A stretch of DNA of 64,000 nt from Azolla caroliniana (lineage: Eukaryota > Plantae > Polypodiophyta). This document shows, in pieces, positions 49,861 to 61,679 of the stretch. The stretch is taken from NCBI GenBank assembly GCA_043228905.1, contig JBHGNT010000011.1, positions 9,300,001-9,364,000 of the forward strand, read 5' to 3'. Within the stretch, counting starts at the first letter, position 1. Each line of letters begins with the position of its first letter. The notes under the pieces are model-generated. The model saw only the letters and a program-made list of their open reading frames with translations, did not search any database and had not been told where the DNA came from. A program made the translations under genes and the position numbers.

Positions 49861-51413
49861 CATCTTGCAAAGGGTGAATTCTTTGATTGGATAATGATAG
49901 AGAATTCAACTATGATGAATTTCAGGTTCCCACAGAACTTGAGGGATCCTTTGATGTTTGAGAGCAAGATGATTCAAATGCTCATAAGTTAGGGGTATCA
50001 ATTCAATGTTTAACATAGATACAAGTAAGCTAAAGATAACCATGTAACACATTCAAGATTTTGTGAGGTCAAGTTCAAGGTGCGTCTTCTAATACCTACT
50101 CAAACACACAGTAGGCTTAAATAAGATAATTTAAAGAATAGTAATTTAATGTAGGCTTCTTAACTTCTTTGAAGAATCTAACAACCTATTCTCGACATCG
50201 ATACGGCGGTGGTACATACACAATTCAATTTGGCATGTAAGTCCAAAATAAAGGTCACACATCTTAGCATCCACCCTATAACCTCAGTTGCCAATCCGAT
50301 TTCACATAGGTACGTGCCTGAACTGAATTAGTTTCCAATAAATAACTCAAACTTGCCTAACCCTAAATCTCTGTAACTGGACTGAAATAAAGCAGTTGGG
50401 TTTATGATTAATCAGGTCCGGGTGATAATACTACAGTTAGTAACCTGACTCAACACTAAATTGACCAGATTAGCATGGTAGTAAGTTGAAACAATTTCCA
50501 ATTGATTCTGAATTGAAGAGGGAAATTTAGTAATTTATCAAATGATTATGTAATTAATATCAGCTGTTACCACGGATTCCATCAAAAGCAGGATTGCTTC
50601 CGTGGTTAATGAACCTACATCAATGTTGGAATCAATCAATGAAAGAAGAATATTTCGTTTTTCATTCACAGAAAAGAGAGAAGGCAAGATGCCAGGCAGA
50701 TAAGGAAACCAAAAGAATAGAAATGAAGAATACAATCACATAGAAGCAGCCCTTTGAACACTAGTAATAAAAGCTGCATGCCTCCATAGAAGTATTTACC
50801 AAGACTTTACACCGCTGCAACCTCCCTGTGCTCCACCTTTTTACACATTCAATGGCAATGTTCAACACTTTGACATCACTCATATATCATTCTAGATTTT
50901 CTAATTAAATTTCATTCTGCAAAAACGCGAAGTTACCAATTATTTATCCTTCCAGGCTCATTATCATGTTATAATCATTATTAATCTCGTCATTGATAAA
51001 AACTGCACAATCATTACTATGTTATTGTAATTGTATTGGTGAAACAATAGGCCCTCTGAGAGCAATTTACACATGCATGTGTTATACATGGCATGTGAGA
51101 GAATTTATGCAATGAAAATTCATGCCAAAAAAGTACTCTTCACTCCACTTTTAAGGACCCATTAATTTATTTCTCATTAAAAGGCTACAAATCTCATAAG
51201 TTGAAGAAGCAAACCACTGAAGTAAACCACCTACAAGGATTCTGCTTATAAAATAAAAACAAATTACAAAAACCTTACCACAATTGGCATGATTTGCTTG
51301 CTTCTTTTAGGGCGCAAAGGAAATTGATAAAAAAGGACTGACTCATGAAACTGAAGAATTCCCAAATGAGAGCTTATATCCATCTTGAATTAGATGCCCG
51401 GTCATTTGTTTTC

Positions 51414-53056
51414 TCAGTAGTCAGACGGAAGGCCATCATATTCCCAGTTATCATCATCACCATCATCGGCAGGCGAATTGTTCTTTGTATCTTTCCTCTG
51501 GTCATTAAGCGCTCTTGGGAAAAACCTTCTGCAACAATTATCGACAAAGTTTGACGGCCATCAGATGTAATAGAGGAACAGTCTTTAAACTTTATTTTGC
51601 ATCCCTTAACTAACATGATATCCTAAGCTTTGTCTCCCATATCTAAAACATGTCGGTTGTCAATTCCAGTCAGCATAAACACCAATACATATATTGATAT
51701 ATTGCCTCTTAAGAAAGGCCAAAATGTGACCAATGCTATCTCAGGAGGTTGAATTTTGTTACCTTGTCTTTAAAAACCTAAGAATTATGCTAGATATGAC
51801 TAAGGATAGATTGATTGATTGATAAATTGCCTCTAAGAAAGACCAATTTTGACCACGGTTATCTCAGGAGGTTGAATTTCGTTAGCTTTTCTTCAAACAT
51901 CTAAGAGTTACGCTAGATATGACCAAGGCTACCTTGAGAGAGGGAGAGAATGAGAGAGAATGAATCAATAGGGTCATGGTTGAGTTGGTTGTGTTAACTA
52001 TTTGGAGAGCATAATGTCGTTAGGTTGATATACTCATGTGGCAAACACTTATAAGAAGTGATATATGGTGTAACAAATATGTGCAAACAATGTAAAGATT
52101 GTTGCCCAAAACCATGTGTTAATAGTGAAATAGCTTAGCAATAAGGTTGGCCAGTCCTCCCTCCTCCTCAATGACTCTTGATCAGAGCCTTCTTCACCTG
52201 ATCCTTGCTTGGTGAACTTTGTGGCATATATGCAATGTAGTGTATACTTTCTTCACCCAATCCAGTCTTTGATAATTTGGTCTATGCAAAAGTGACAACG
52301 AACCGTAATTGTCTTCCTATGCAAAAACCTAACCACACTTTTTTGTTTTTATATACTATCCACAGCAAGAGAGAGAGTACGATGGTGTACATGTGTGTAT
52401 GCAAAAACATGACTCTGGTATTTTGTTTTATAAAACAATGTCTTTCCTACAAGAGATGGTGAATGTGTACGAGACATATGTGCAATACCTAATCCTACTT
52501 TTCATTTTGCCTGAATACCATCCCTTCAATGCAGATAGAGAGAGAGAGAGAGAGAGAGTCTTCTAAGAGCCGAATTTGAACCATGACATAATTTGTTACA
52601 AAAAAATGGGATGTGTACCCAAATGCAGAGAGAGAGAGAGAGAGAGAGAGAGTTTACGTACTTCTTGGAGTTTCTACGTTGGGCTGCTTGCTTTTTCCTT
52701 TTGAGGATCTCCTGAGGGGTCTCGAAGAAGCGGCGACGACGGCACTCGGAAATGATGCCAGCTTGCATCACAGCTCTGCGGAAACGTTTGACAACAGAAT
52801 CGGCGGGTTCAGACTCGCCCACGAATATCTGCGTGTTGTATGTCCCTTTGAACCACAACAGGTTTGCAAATCTCAACGATGGGTCGTGTGCAGAGGCAGA
52901 GGCAGAGGAGGAGGAGGATGTAGACAGTGATAGATGAGGGTTTTGCGTGGGCATGGCGATACGAGCTTGATTAAAGGAAGAGGGAGGAGAGTGAGGAGAT
53001 GATGAGGATGGAGGAGGAGGAGGAGCAGAGGACGCAAAAGCACAGGCCATCGCCAT
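51414..53056 (-). CDS. rps21: Nuclear-encoded plastid 30S ribosomal protein S21 (bS21c); exons 53056-52662 and 51528-51414, 169 aa
   Basis: Ser/Pro-rich transit-peptide-like N-terminus; FANLLWFKGTYNTQIFVGESEPADSVVKRFRRAVMQAGIISECRRRRFFETPQEILKRK; GTACGT donor at 52661 and TTGCAG acceptor at 51529 join in phase 2 to RFFPRA...DDGDDDNWEYDGLPSDY*, an acidic DDNW tail like that of plant plastid S21. Confidence 0.9.
51701..51928. repeat. Degenerate ~125-bp tandem duplication in the rps21 intron
   Basis: ATTGCCTCT..AAGAAAG..TATCTCAGGAGGTTGAATTT..GCTAGATATGAC.AAGG occurs twice. Confidence 0.8.
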
Positions 53057-53271
53057 AGCTGCTCGCTTCGCGTCCTAATACGCGCGGCGCACACAGACAA
53101 GGAAGGCACGCACAGACACAAACAAACAGAGGAAATGGCGATAAGGTTTTCTTCAGTCTGTATGTAATCTTTAATACGGTTTTTTTTTTGACTCTCCTCC
53201 GGATACATAATATTTACTTAAATGTCATGGCATGCCATGTGTTTGTTGCACACTATGTATATATGTATATC

Positions 53272-53302
<31 letters not shown>

Positions 53303-55595
53303 TGTATGTGTATTCAATACATAACTACAACTCTGTGTCACTCTTGCTCTCCTCATGCCACTTGAAGTTTCATTCCATCCTGTTCATATTCATGGTTGGC
53401 ATGGGAAGGAAAGTCGTGATGAGGATGGAAATAACATCAAATAAATAAGGAGTTGTGCTGATAGGAGGGTCATAATGATGATATGAATGTTGGGCCAACA
53501 ACTCCGACGAATAGAAGATGGATGGACAAACAAAGTGTGATATCCTCACTCCCCACTATCTAATTAAGGTATGGTGATAGACCATAAGAGGGAGCAAATA
53601 ATGCACTCTCCCTTTTGCCAAAAACATCACAAATTTATTCGAATATGGTTGTGTGTGATTTTATGCTATATAGATTTGGTGAGAAGAGACTAGAAGAATA
53701 TTTATGTCGAGCCATTGTTTTGCATAAGAAAAGATGTATAATAGCAAAGTGGTGGATGCAACTTTAATGATAAGTGAACTCTGGACATGAAGAAGACAAA
53801 CTCGCCAATAGATAGCAAGTATCATCAATCAAGCTATAAAGCAAGGTTTTCTAGAAGATTGGCTCATGAATTTGATTAAGTTCATTCCATAAAAGAGGAG
53901 AAAATAAAATTATGGTAGTTGATATGAATGAGGGTGAGGGATTGCGTAAAACAGGAGGGCGGACATCAATTCAAGTGACATAGAAAGAGAGAACATATAT
54001 TTATACAAGGTTGGAGAGGCTTGTGTGAAAATAAAGTAGGGACACATGCATGATACAAAACGTTCTAGAGATGTGCATGCTTTAATGGATTCTAGAATAT
54101 ATAAGAACTACCCAATGTTTTACATACATTGGAGGTCTGGGATTCGATTCTTGGCACATATCATGCTCTCTGGTGTCTAGAATATGCAAGAACAATTATC
54201 TTGATGGAATACATGCATTTGAGGTCTGGGATTCAATCTTTGGTCATGACAATATCATCCCTCTAGGGTTGGCATCTAAGAGTGGTTGCTAGCTTTTGTG
54301 GGTATGGTTCATGGAAATCACAAAACACCTTATGAGCATTAGCTAATTTCTTGTCCAAATACCAAACTATGACTTTTGATAAAAAGATACCCTTTCCATA
54401 AGGTGAGATACTGAAGTTGTCGGTGATGCATACAAGAGTTGAGTACCTTGTCAACCTTGTACTCCTCCCTTGTGGACAACTTGCATCCTGAAATCTGGGA
54501 TGGACAGTAAGTTTCTAGGAGGGAGCTTGCATGAAAGACATTAAGGATTCAGAATTGCGATCAAAGTGCCAAATGAAAAGTTACTAGGTTGACCTCGTGG
54601 AAGTATGGAGAGTGTTGTTGTGTGAGAACTTGGTCGTTTGGTGATACTCAATCCAATCTTCTTTGTTGGTAGTTGATATTGTTTGAAGGTTTGGCTAACT
54701 CATTTGGTTTGGCCATTAGTTTGGGGATGGTATGTCGAGGATAGGTTCACAAAAGTGTTGAATGTATGAAGGAGTCATTGCTAAAAGGGAGACGAATTAT
54801 GGCTCCCATTCATAGGTTATATTGTCTAGTAAGCGGTGTGGTCGAATTAATCCACCCTCTCCACTCTTCAGGTGGTTTTTGAACATGGGGAGAAGTGAGC
54901 CATCTTCATAAGCCAATGGACAATCACTAGAACCAAGCTGTACATATTAATAAAGCGTAAATCATTGATAAAATCCATGGAGATGGACGCCCAAGGCTGG
55001 CTCGGGTGAGAGCGCCTAAGCACGTTTTGCAACAATTGATGGTGAGCCACCTTGGCACAAGGACAAACATCAAAAGTCCTTCCAAGGTTGCGACCACCAA
55101 AACCCTCGAGAGTGGGTGGTCATGACAATCTTGAAATATCCAAGTTCTATACGATCTTTCTAGGAGAAAGAGGAGATTATTACTAAACATTAGTCCATCC
55201 TGGATGGTGAATTGATTGAGTTCCAACCTCTTGGGTTCCTTGGATGGGTTATTGATGAGGCTCAACGTGATTTTGGGTGAAATTTTTTACTGATTGTAAT
55301 CCCCATGACTATCACATTGAGTAGAGAATCATCTTGTAACATGCAAGTTGCAAAGACTTGGAGTTGATCAAGTTTAAAAAAGTAGTGCGATTTTGTTTGT
55401 AAGCGCCATTCCATTTGGTGAAGCTCGAAATTTGGTTGCCTAGAAAGGGCGTTGACCTTCCCATGTCGAAATATGACCTTAAAGTTGTAACCAATTAGAA
55501 AAATTGACCAATGGGCTTACCTCCGATTCAAAGTTCAAATGGTGGGGAAATAGATTAGATTCTTATTATTAGTCATCACATGAACATGATGTTGC

Positions 55596-58500
55596 TGTTG
55601 GAAGCAATGTCGTCAGTGCGGAAGATCAAGAAGCACTCGTTTCCTGTTTATTCCCTGCGTATGACAGTTTCTAGGTCGTTGCACAGAGAGAGAGAGAGAG
55701 AGGCACAAAAGACTCTTTATTTCACAAAGCAATAATACAACAACCAACCTTACAAAAAGGTTACAAGGTCAATATATATAGTGACCGACTTAGGGCAACT
55801 ACCCTTTATGATAATTACATAAATGGCCAAAACGGGATAGCGTGAATACGTCCATTATACACATGTATTCGACACTCCCCCGTAATGGGCGTATACATGG
55901 GTTATCTAAGATTACAGGTATAGACTTAGGTTCTCGGACATATCAGCTTTATTCGAGTCGGCAGGGTCCGAAGGCAGAAGACCGAACTGGTCGGGTCGGA
56001 ACAGTTGAAGCCGATCATTAAGGAACTGATGTCGGTTGTTGGGAACCATCCTGCTCTGTGTCCGGCTCTAACCGGACTGGTTTGTCGTTACGCCCATCTG
56101 ATGCCGAAGAGACCGAAAGCGGTCTGCCGAAAGACACTTGGTCATTCCATCTGCGACATTGTCGGTTGTGGATATTTTCTCTAGACCGACTTTCCCTGAA
56201 ATGACGCAGTCCCGAACGAAGTGATATCGAACGTCGATATGTTTGGAGGCGTTGTGGTGAACCGGATTTTTCGACAAGGCAACAGCACCTTGACTGTCGC
56301 TGTAGACAACTGGAGCCGAGTCATGTTCGACTTGTCGAAACGTGTGCGCCAGCCGACCGAGCCACAAAGCTTCTTTTGCTGCGTCGGACGCAGCTACATA
56401 TTCTGCTTCGGTCGTTGAGGTCGCTGTGCACTCCTGAAGTTTCGACTTCCACGAAATTGCTCCATTGCCGAATTTGAAGCAGTATCCGGTTGTTGATTTC
56501 CGACTGTCTATACAGCCGGCGAAGTCCGAGTCGGTGTAACCGACTACGCCTGAGGTTCGGTTCGGACCGAAAAGAATACCATGGTCTTTTGTGCCAGCCA
56601 GATATCTGAACACATGCTTGACTGCGTTCCAATGCGATCGGCCAGGATTGTGCATAAATCTGCTAACGACTCCTACGGCGTGAGAAATATCAGGCCGTGT
56701 CGCGACCATCAGGTACATAAGGGAGCCGACTGCCGGTGCATACGGTACCGACTTCATATCTTCCCCCTCCGGGCCGGATGTCGGGCAGTCTCGCTGAGAG
56801 AGCCGAAGATTCATTGGGAGCGGGGTTGAAGCAGATTTGGCTGATTGCATGTTGAAGCGTTCCAAGACACGTTGGATATAGTCGGTCTGAGACAAAAAAA
56901 GATGTCGTTTATCGCGATGCCGACTAATCTTCATGCCGAGTATGTGTCGTGCCGGACCGAGGTCCTTCATGGCAAACTTCAACCGCAGTTGCCGAATGAG
57001 ATCGGCAAGTTCGCCCGCGTGGCGTCCAGAGATTAGCATGTCGTCCACGTAAATGATGAGGAAGATGGGTGATCCATCTTGAGCTGTGTTGGTGAAGAGA
57101 CAATGGTCCTCATCGCTTTTTGAGAAGCCGATCGATTGGATGAAGTCGTCGAACTTCTTGTACCATTGTCGTGGTGCCTGTTTGAGGCCGTATAGACTCT
57201 TCCTGAGTCGGCAGACTAGATGTTCTTGGCCAGTAGCAACGAAGCCTTTTGGCTGCTCCATATAAATTTCCTCTTCAAGATCACCATGGAGGAATGCTGT
57301 TTTGACATCTAGCTGAATCAGCTCCAGGTTGTCGGCTGCCACTACGCCGAGTAGGAAACGAAGGGTTGTCATTTTCACCACTGGTGAAAAAATCTCGTCG
57401 AAGTCGACGCCATATTCTTGTCGGAAGCCCTTCGCAACTAGTCTGGCCTTGTACTTTGGGGTGGTAGAATCAGACGTCTCTTTTAGTCGATAGACCCACT
57501 TGCAAGGAAGAGCACGTCGGTTCCTAGGTAATTCGACCAGATCCCAAGTCTTGTTTGCCCGAATGGAGTGCATTTCCGACTCCATCGCCAGATGCCAGGT
57601 GGCGGAATCGACAGATGTCGATGCTTCTTCGTAAGACGTCGGTTCGCCGGCGTCGGTGAAGAAAATTCCAGGAGAATACCTCTCCGGAGGTTGCGACAGT
57701 CTCTCGGATCGTCGAGGTAAGATTGGACTGGTCGCATCGGGTATCGAGGTCGGATGGTCCGAAAGCGAATCATTTGGCTGTGCCGAGTCGGAGTTGTCCG
57801 AGTCGGTAGTGTAAGGTTCAGCTACCCGTGAAGCTGACCGTGTGTTAAGAGCGGGGTCTTCTTGAAGGGTCGGCACATCGGAAAATGTTACCCTTCGGAC
57901 TTCGATCGGTTTTTCGACTGATGGATTCATAGCCGACTCGTTGAACACAACGTCCGAACTTCGAACGATTTGTCTGCGTTCGGGGTCCCAGAGTCGGTAT
58001 CCCATTTCGCCGTCGGATCCATATCCAAGGAAAATGCATTTCCTGGACCGAGGTGCAAGTTTTCGGCGATCATCTTTCGGAATAAGGGCGTACGCCTCGC
58101 ATCCGAAGATCCTCAGCTTGTCGTAATTCGGCTTACTGCCGATCCATAGTTCCTGAGGAATTTGAAGTCCTAGAGGTCTACTTGGCGACATATTGATTAT
58201 GTGTACTGCCGTGAGTAGAGCCTCTGCCCAGAAGCCATCCGACAGTCGGGAGTGTTGGAGCATGGAAACTATCCGTTCTTGGATTGTCCGATTCATGCGT
58301 TCGGCAATCCCGTTTTGCTCCGGACTGTGTGGTGCCGTAAATTCACGTCGGATGCCGCGTTGTCGGCAGAATTTGACGAATTCTTCGGATTTGAACTCTC
58401 CCCCATTGTCGGTCCGAAGGCATTTCAGCTTTCGGTCGGTTTGATTTTCTACCATAGCGAGCCAATCGGTGAAGATCGAGAAGACCCGATCTTTGGTGCG

Positions 58501-60962
58501 AATTGGATAAGCCCACACCTTTCGAGTCGAATCGTCAATAAAACTGACGAAGTAAGAGGCACCGCCTAGAGATTGATGCGGCATTGGGCCACAGACGTCC
58601 GAATGGACTAAATCAAGAGGTCTCGTTTCTCTTGGTGCTGATGTCGGGTGTGATGCGGCTGCTTGTTTGCCATACTGGCAATGCTCGCAGAATTGATGGT
58701 CGGAGAAGGAGAGTTTGGGGATGTATCCGGCTCTAGATAGATGCGTGATGCCGGCCTTGCTGAGGTGTCCTAGTCTTCGGTGCCATAGTGATGACACAGG
58801 AATATCCACCAAAAACAGGTTACCCTCTCTGAGCGTAACATGTAACGGATACAGTGAGTGTATCTTGGGTCCTCTAGCAAGCAGGAGGTTCCCCCTGTGG
58901 AGTGTCCACCCTCCCGAAGAAAAACCGGCACGAATGCCGTCTTCATCTAGTTGTCCGACTGAGATCAATGGCCTTGAGAGCTCGGGTACATGTCGGACAT
59001 TGTGGAGTACAAGTGTAGAGCCACCTGCAAGGTTGAGCTCTACTGTGCCGATTCCGATGATGTCACAGTGTTGTGAGTTGCCGACCCGAACTGAGTCGGA
59101 GTGACGGATCGTATATTGCCGAAATTGGGATCGATGAGGAGTCACGTGAAATGACGCGCCCGAATCTAAGAGCCATGTGCTCGATTCTTCAGTCGTGAGC
59201 AGAACTTCTGATCCGACTGGATTTTCGATTGATAGTATATTCGGGTCGTTTGGTAGTACATCAGCTGAGAAGCTGACGTAGTTGATCTCCTCATGCCGGC
59301 CACTCTTCTTGTTGTTCTTGTTCTTGAGTGCGCGGCAGTCGGCTTTGATGTGTCCGGGTTTCTTGCAATAGTTGCAGATTCGGTTATCCCGTGACTGGCT
59401 CCGTCTTCGCTGATTGTTCGGCGGCCGTGAGGAATCTCTTCCTCGTATGTTCGATCGGTCTGTCGAACCTTGTACTACGTAAGCGTCGTCTGTTGAGTCT
59501 TTGGCGAAAGACTTTCTCCGAGCTGCTTCGGTCAGGATTGCGCTCGTGACTTCGGAGTATTTAACAGCCGTGGTTGACGCGTTGCACACGGTTGTGACGA
59601 AAGTTTCCCATGATGAGGGAAGGCTGCTCATGAGTATCATTGCTCTGAGTTCATCCTCGATTGCCGTCCCCTGTGACGAGATTTGGGAGCTTATGCTTTC
59701 GTACTCATTGAGGTGTGCTTGAACCGAATCGGATTCTTTCATCCGCAAGTTGTAGAGGCGCCGGATCAGAAACATCTTCGTTGCGGCGACCTTCTTTTCG
59801 TAAGTGTCCGACAGTGTTTTCCACAGTTCGAATGCTGTCGTACACGATTGCACCGTAAAATATACCGATTCCGATAGGTGCATCCGAATCGTGGCGCGGA
59901 CGATTCTGTCCAGCTTCTGCCACTCAATTGGTTTGTATCCTTCTGGAGGTTCTTCATTTTCGATGGGATCGATTTGTCCCTTGACTATGAGATAGTCCTG
60001 CATTTGCTCCTTCCAGAAGTTGAAGTTCGATCCATCGAACTTTCGTAGACTCATTTCTGACGAGCCGGATGTTGATGCCATCAAATTCGGTTTCGGTTGA
60101 CGAAGCTCGGTTCGAAGTTGACTACGAACCTTGTTGGAGTGCAGCCGGTTGGCTCACCCGATATCGTTCTAGTCGGATTTGAACCCGAGTCGGTTCGGCT
60201 TCGGATATATATATTGTTGAACTTGCTCGAATTGACTCCGGTAACTTGAGGGACAGAACCGACTGGTCTTCCCGAATGTTGCCGAGTCGGAGTGAGCCCG
60301 GTTCGCTTCGGATATATGTGCCGAATACCGATTATTGAAACCGATTATCTTGACCGATTCTGCTTCGGTTGACTGCAGCGATGAGAGAGACGGATCCGAC
60401 TGATCCTCCCGAATGTCGATCAGCCAGATGAAGCACGAATTTGGGTTGTTGTCAAAGTTGCACAAGGGGATTTCACCTCGAGCGGTTACGATCACAAGGG
60501 ACAGAGTACGACCTGCTGGCTTACTCCAGGCAAGGGGATCTAACGCGATGAGGTGCAAACCTCGTTTTTGTTCTTCTTCTCTCTTTCTTCGAATGACGCG
60601 AATACTGTGCAGGCCGTGATGAAGTGAAGAACCGAATGCTGTGCAGGCGGTGATGACGGCCGAACCTCTGCTCTGATACCAGATGTTGGAAGCAATGTCG
60701 TCAGTGCGGAAGATCAAGAAGCACTCGTTTCCTGTTTATTCCCTGCGTATGACAGTTTCTAGGTCGTTGCACAGAGAGAGAGAGAGAGAGGCACAAAAGA
60801 CTCTTTATTTCACAAAGCAATAATACAACAACCAACCTTACAAAAAGGTTACAAGGTCAATATATATAGTGACCGACTTAGGGCAACTACCCTTTATGAT
60901 AATTACATAAATGGCCAAAACGGGATAGCGTGAATACGTCCATTATACACATGTATTCGACA
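55596..60962 (-). mobile_element. Intact, very young Ty1/copia retrotransposon
   Basis: 279-bp LTRs 55596-55874 and 60684-60962, identical by eye; TSD GTTGC; PBS TGGTATCAGAGC (tRNA-iMet) at 60670-60681; PPT GGGGGAG; uninterrupted ORF. Confidence 0.98.
56068..60084 (-). CDS. Copia gag-pol polyprotein (Tnt1/Tork-like), 1338 aa
   Basis: KFDGSNFNFWK; knuckle CNYCKKPGHIKADC; protease WLLDSGAS; integrase WHRRLGH..CEHC, TDNGGEF, QNGIAERMNRT; RT YVDD; RNase H TDSD, EAEY, SKHIDVRYHF. Confidence 0.97.
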   Translation of the reverse strand: MMASTSGSSEMSLRKFDGSNFNFWKEQMQDYLIVKGQIDPIENEEPPEGYKPIEWQKLDRIVRATIRMHLSESVYFTVQSCTTAFELWKTLSDTYEKKVAATKMFLIRRLYNLRMKESDSVQAHLNEYESISSQISSQGTAIEDELRAMILMSSLPSSWETFVTTVCNASTTAVKYSEVTSAILTEAARRKSFAKDSTDDAYVVQGSTDRSNIRGRDSSRPPNNQRRRSQSRDNRICNYCKKPGHIKADCRALKNKNNKKSGRHEEINYVSFSADVLPNDPNILSIENPVGSEVLLTTEESSTWLLDSGASFHVTPHRSQFRQYTIRHSDSVRVGNSQHCDIIGIGTVELNLAGGSTLVLHNVRHVPELSRPLISVGQLDEDGIRAGFSSGGWTLHRGNLLLARGPKIHSLYPLHVTLREGNLFLVDIPVSSLWHRRLGHLSKAGITHLSRAGYIPKLSFSDHQFCEHCQYGKQAAASHPTSAPRETRPLDLVHSDVCGPMPHQSLGGASYFVSFIDDSTRKVWAYPIRTKDRVFSIFTDWLAMVENQTDRKLKCLRTDNGGEFKSEEFVKFCRQRGIRREFTAPHSPEQNGIAERMNRTIQERIVSMLQHSRLSDGFWAEALLTAVHIINMSPSRPLGLQIPQELWIGSKPNYDKLRIFGCEAYALIPKDDRRKLAPRSRKCIFLGYGSDGEMGYRLWDPERRQIVRSSDVVFNESAMNPSVEKPIEVRRVTFSDVPTLQEDPALNTRSASRVAEPYTTDSDNSDSAQPNDSLSDHPTSIPDATSPILPRRSERLSQPPERYSPGIFFTDAGEPTSYEEASTSVDSATWHLAMESEMHSIRANKTWDLVELPRNRRALPCKWVYRLKETSDSTTPKYKARLVAKGFRQEYGVDFDEIFSPVVKMTTLRFLLGVVAADNLELIQLDVKTAFLHGDLEEEIYMEQPKGFVATGQEHLVCRLRKSLYGLKQAPRQWYKKFDDFIQSIGFSKSDEDHCLFTNTAQDGSPIFLIIYVDDMLISGRHAGELADLIRQLRLKFAMKDLGPARHILGMKISRHRDKRHLFLSQTDYIQRVLERFNMQSAKSASTPLPMNLRLSQRDCPTSGPEGEDMKSVPYAPAVGSLMYLMVATRPDISHAVGVVSRFMHNPGRSHWNAVKHVFRYLAGTKDHGILFGPNRTSGVVGYTDSDFAGCIDSRKSTTGYCFKFGNGAISWKSKLQECTATSTTEAEYVAASDAAKEALWLGRLAHTFRQVEHDSAPVVYSDSQGAVALSKNPVHHNASKHIDVRYHFVRDCVISGKVGLEKISTTDNVADGMTKCLSADRFRSLRHQMGVTTNQSG

Positions 60963-61679
60963 GTTGCACTCCAACCTTATAGAGTTGCCATTTGTTGAAG
61001 GCAGAGATGATAGTGGTGAGCTCTTTGTCATAGACAAGGTAGTTGGTTTTTGGAGCGGTGTATTTTCAAGAGTAGTATGCCATGGGATGCATTTCAGTGT
61101 TGTCCGACTAGGATAGGATGGATCCAATAGAGAAGTTGGAGGTGTTGGCTTGGAAAGGCTTTGTTGGGTTTGGATGTAGGAACATCGGTTCAAAGATGAA
61201 GGCTTGTTAAGCGCCTCGAAAGTGGTATAGGCAAACCCTTAATATAATAAATCGTTAATAGAAAATAGTGGAACCGATGAATGATTGCAAGTACATACTT
61301 CAGCCATGTAAGGATGGGTCAAACATTGATTGTTTGCTACCTTCTATGTATCTTCTATCCATCATAACTTAGGTGATTAGATAATGTATGTATGTAGTTG
61401 AGGAACTCCACCAAGATAAGGTGAAATTCACACTTTTTCACTCATCATTAAATTAAATTATAAGCTCCTCGAAGGTCAATCTTGGTGAAGACAGTCCCAA
61501 TTCAAAGACGAGGGTGTGATGTGATGTATCTACTATCATGTAAGGACTCAGGAGGAGGGATGGAGGATGGAGGATGGAGGATGGGGAAAGAAGCATGGTG
61601 ATGGAACCTGACTGAGCTTTTAATTCCCCCTTGGCTTGGGGTCTCCTGATGCATACATGGAAAGACGAGCATACCATGA

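Larger units (their letters stand above)
53900..61260 (-). mobile_element. Old, decayed Tcn1-like chromovirus (RNase H, integrase, chromodomain, PPT, 3' LTR) hosting the intact copia element
   Basis: NYLVYDKELTTIISAFNKW (61040-60975) continues across the copia TSD; PWASISMDFI; chromodomain remnants QYLTLWKGY/LANAHKVFCDFH; PPT AGAGGGATGAT, then LTR TGTCATGA from 54251 leftwards. Outer boundaries are approximate. Confidence 0.72.

Noticed and set aside
49900-51400. Additional gene downstream of rps21
   Set aside because: AT-rich, only short ORFs with no recognisable motifs; likely 3' UTR or intergenic.
52526-52661. Single-exon 176-aa rps21 ORF as listed in the track
   Set aside because: The tail runs through a (CT)n microsatellite past a good splice donor; the spliced exon 2 gives the expected acidic tail.
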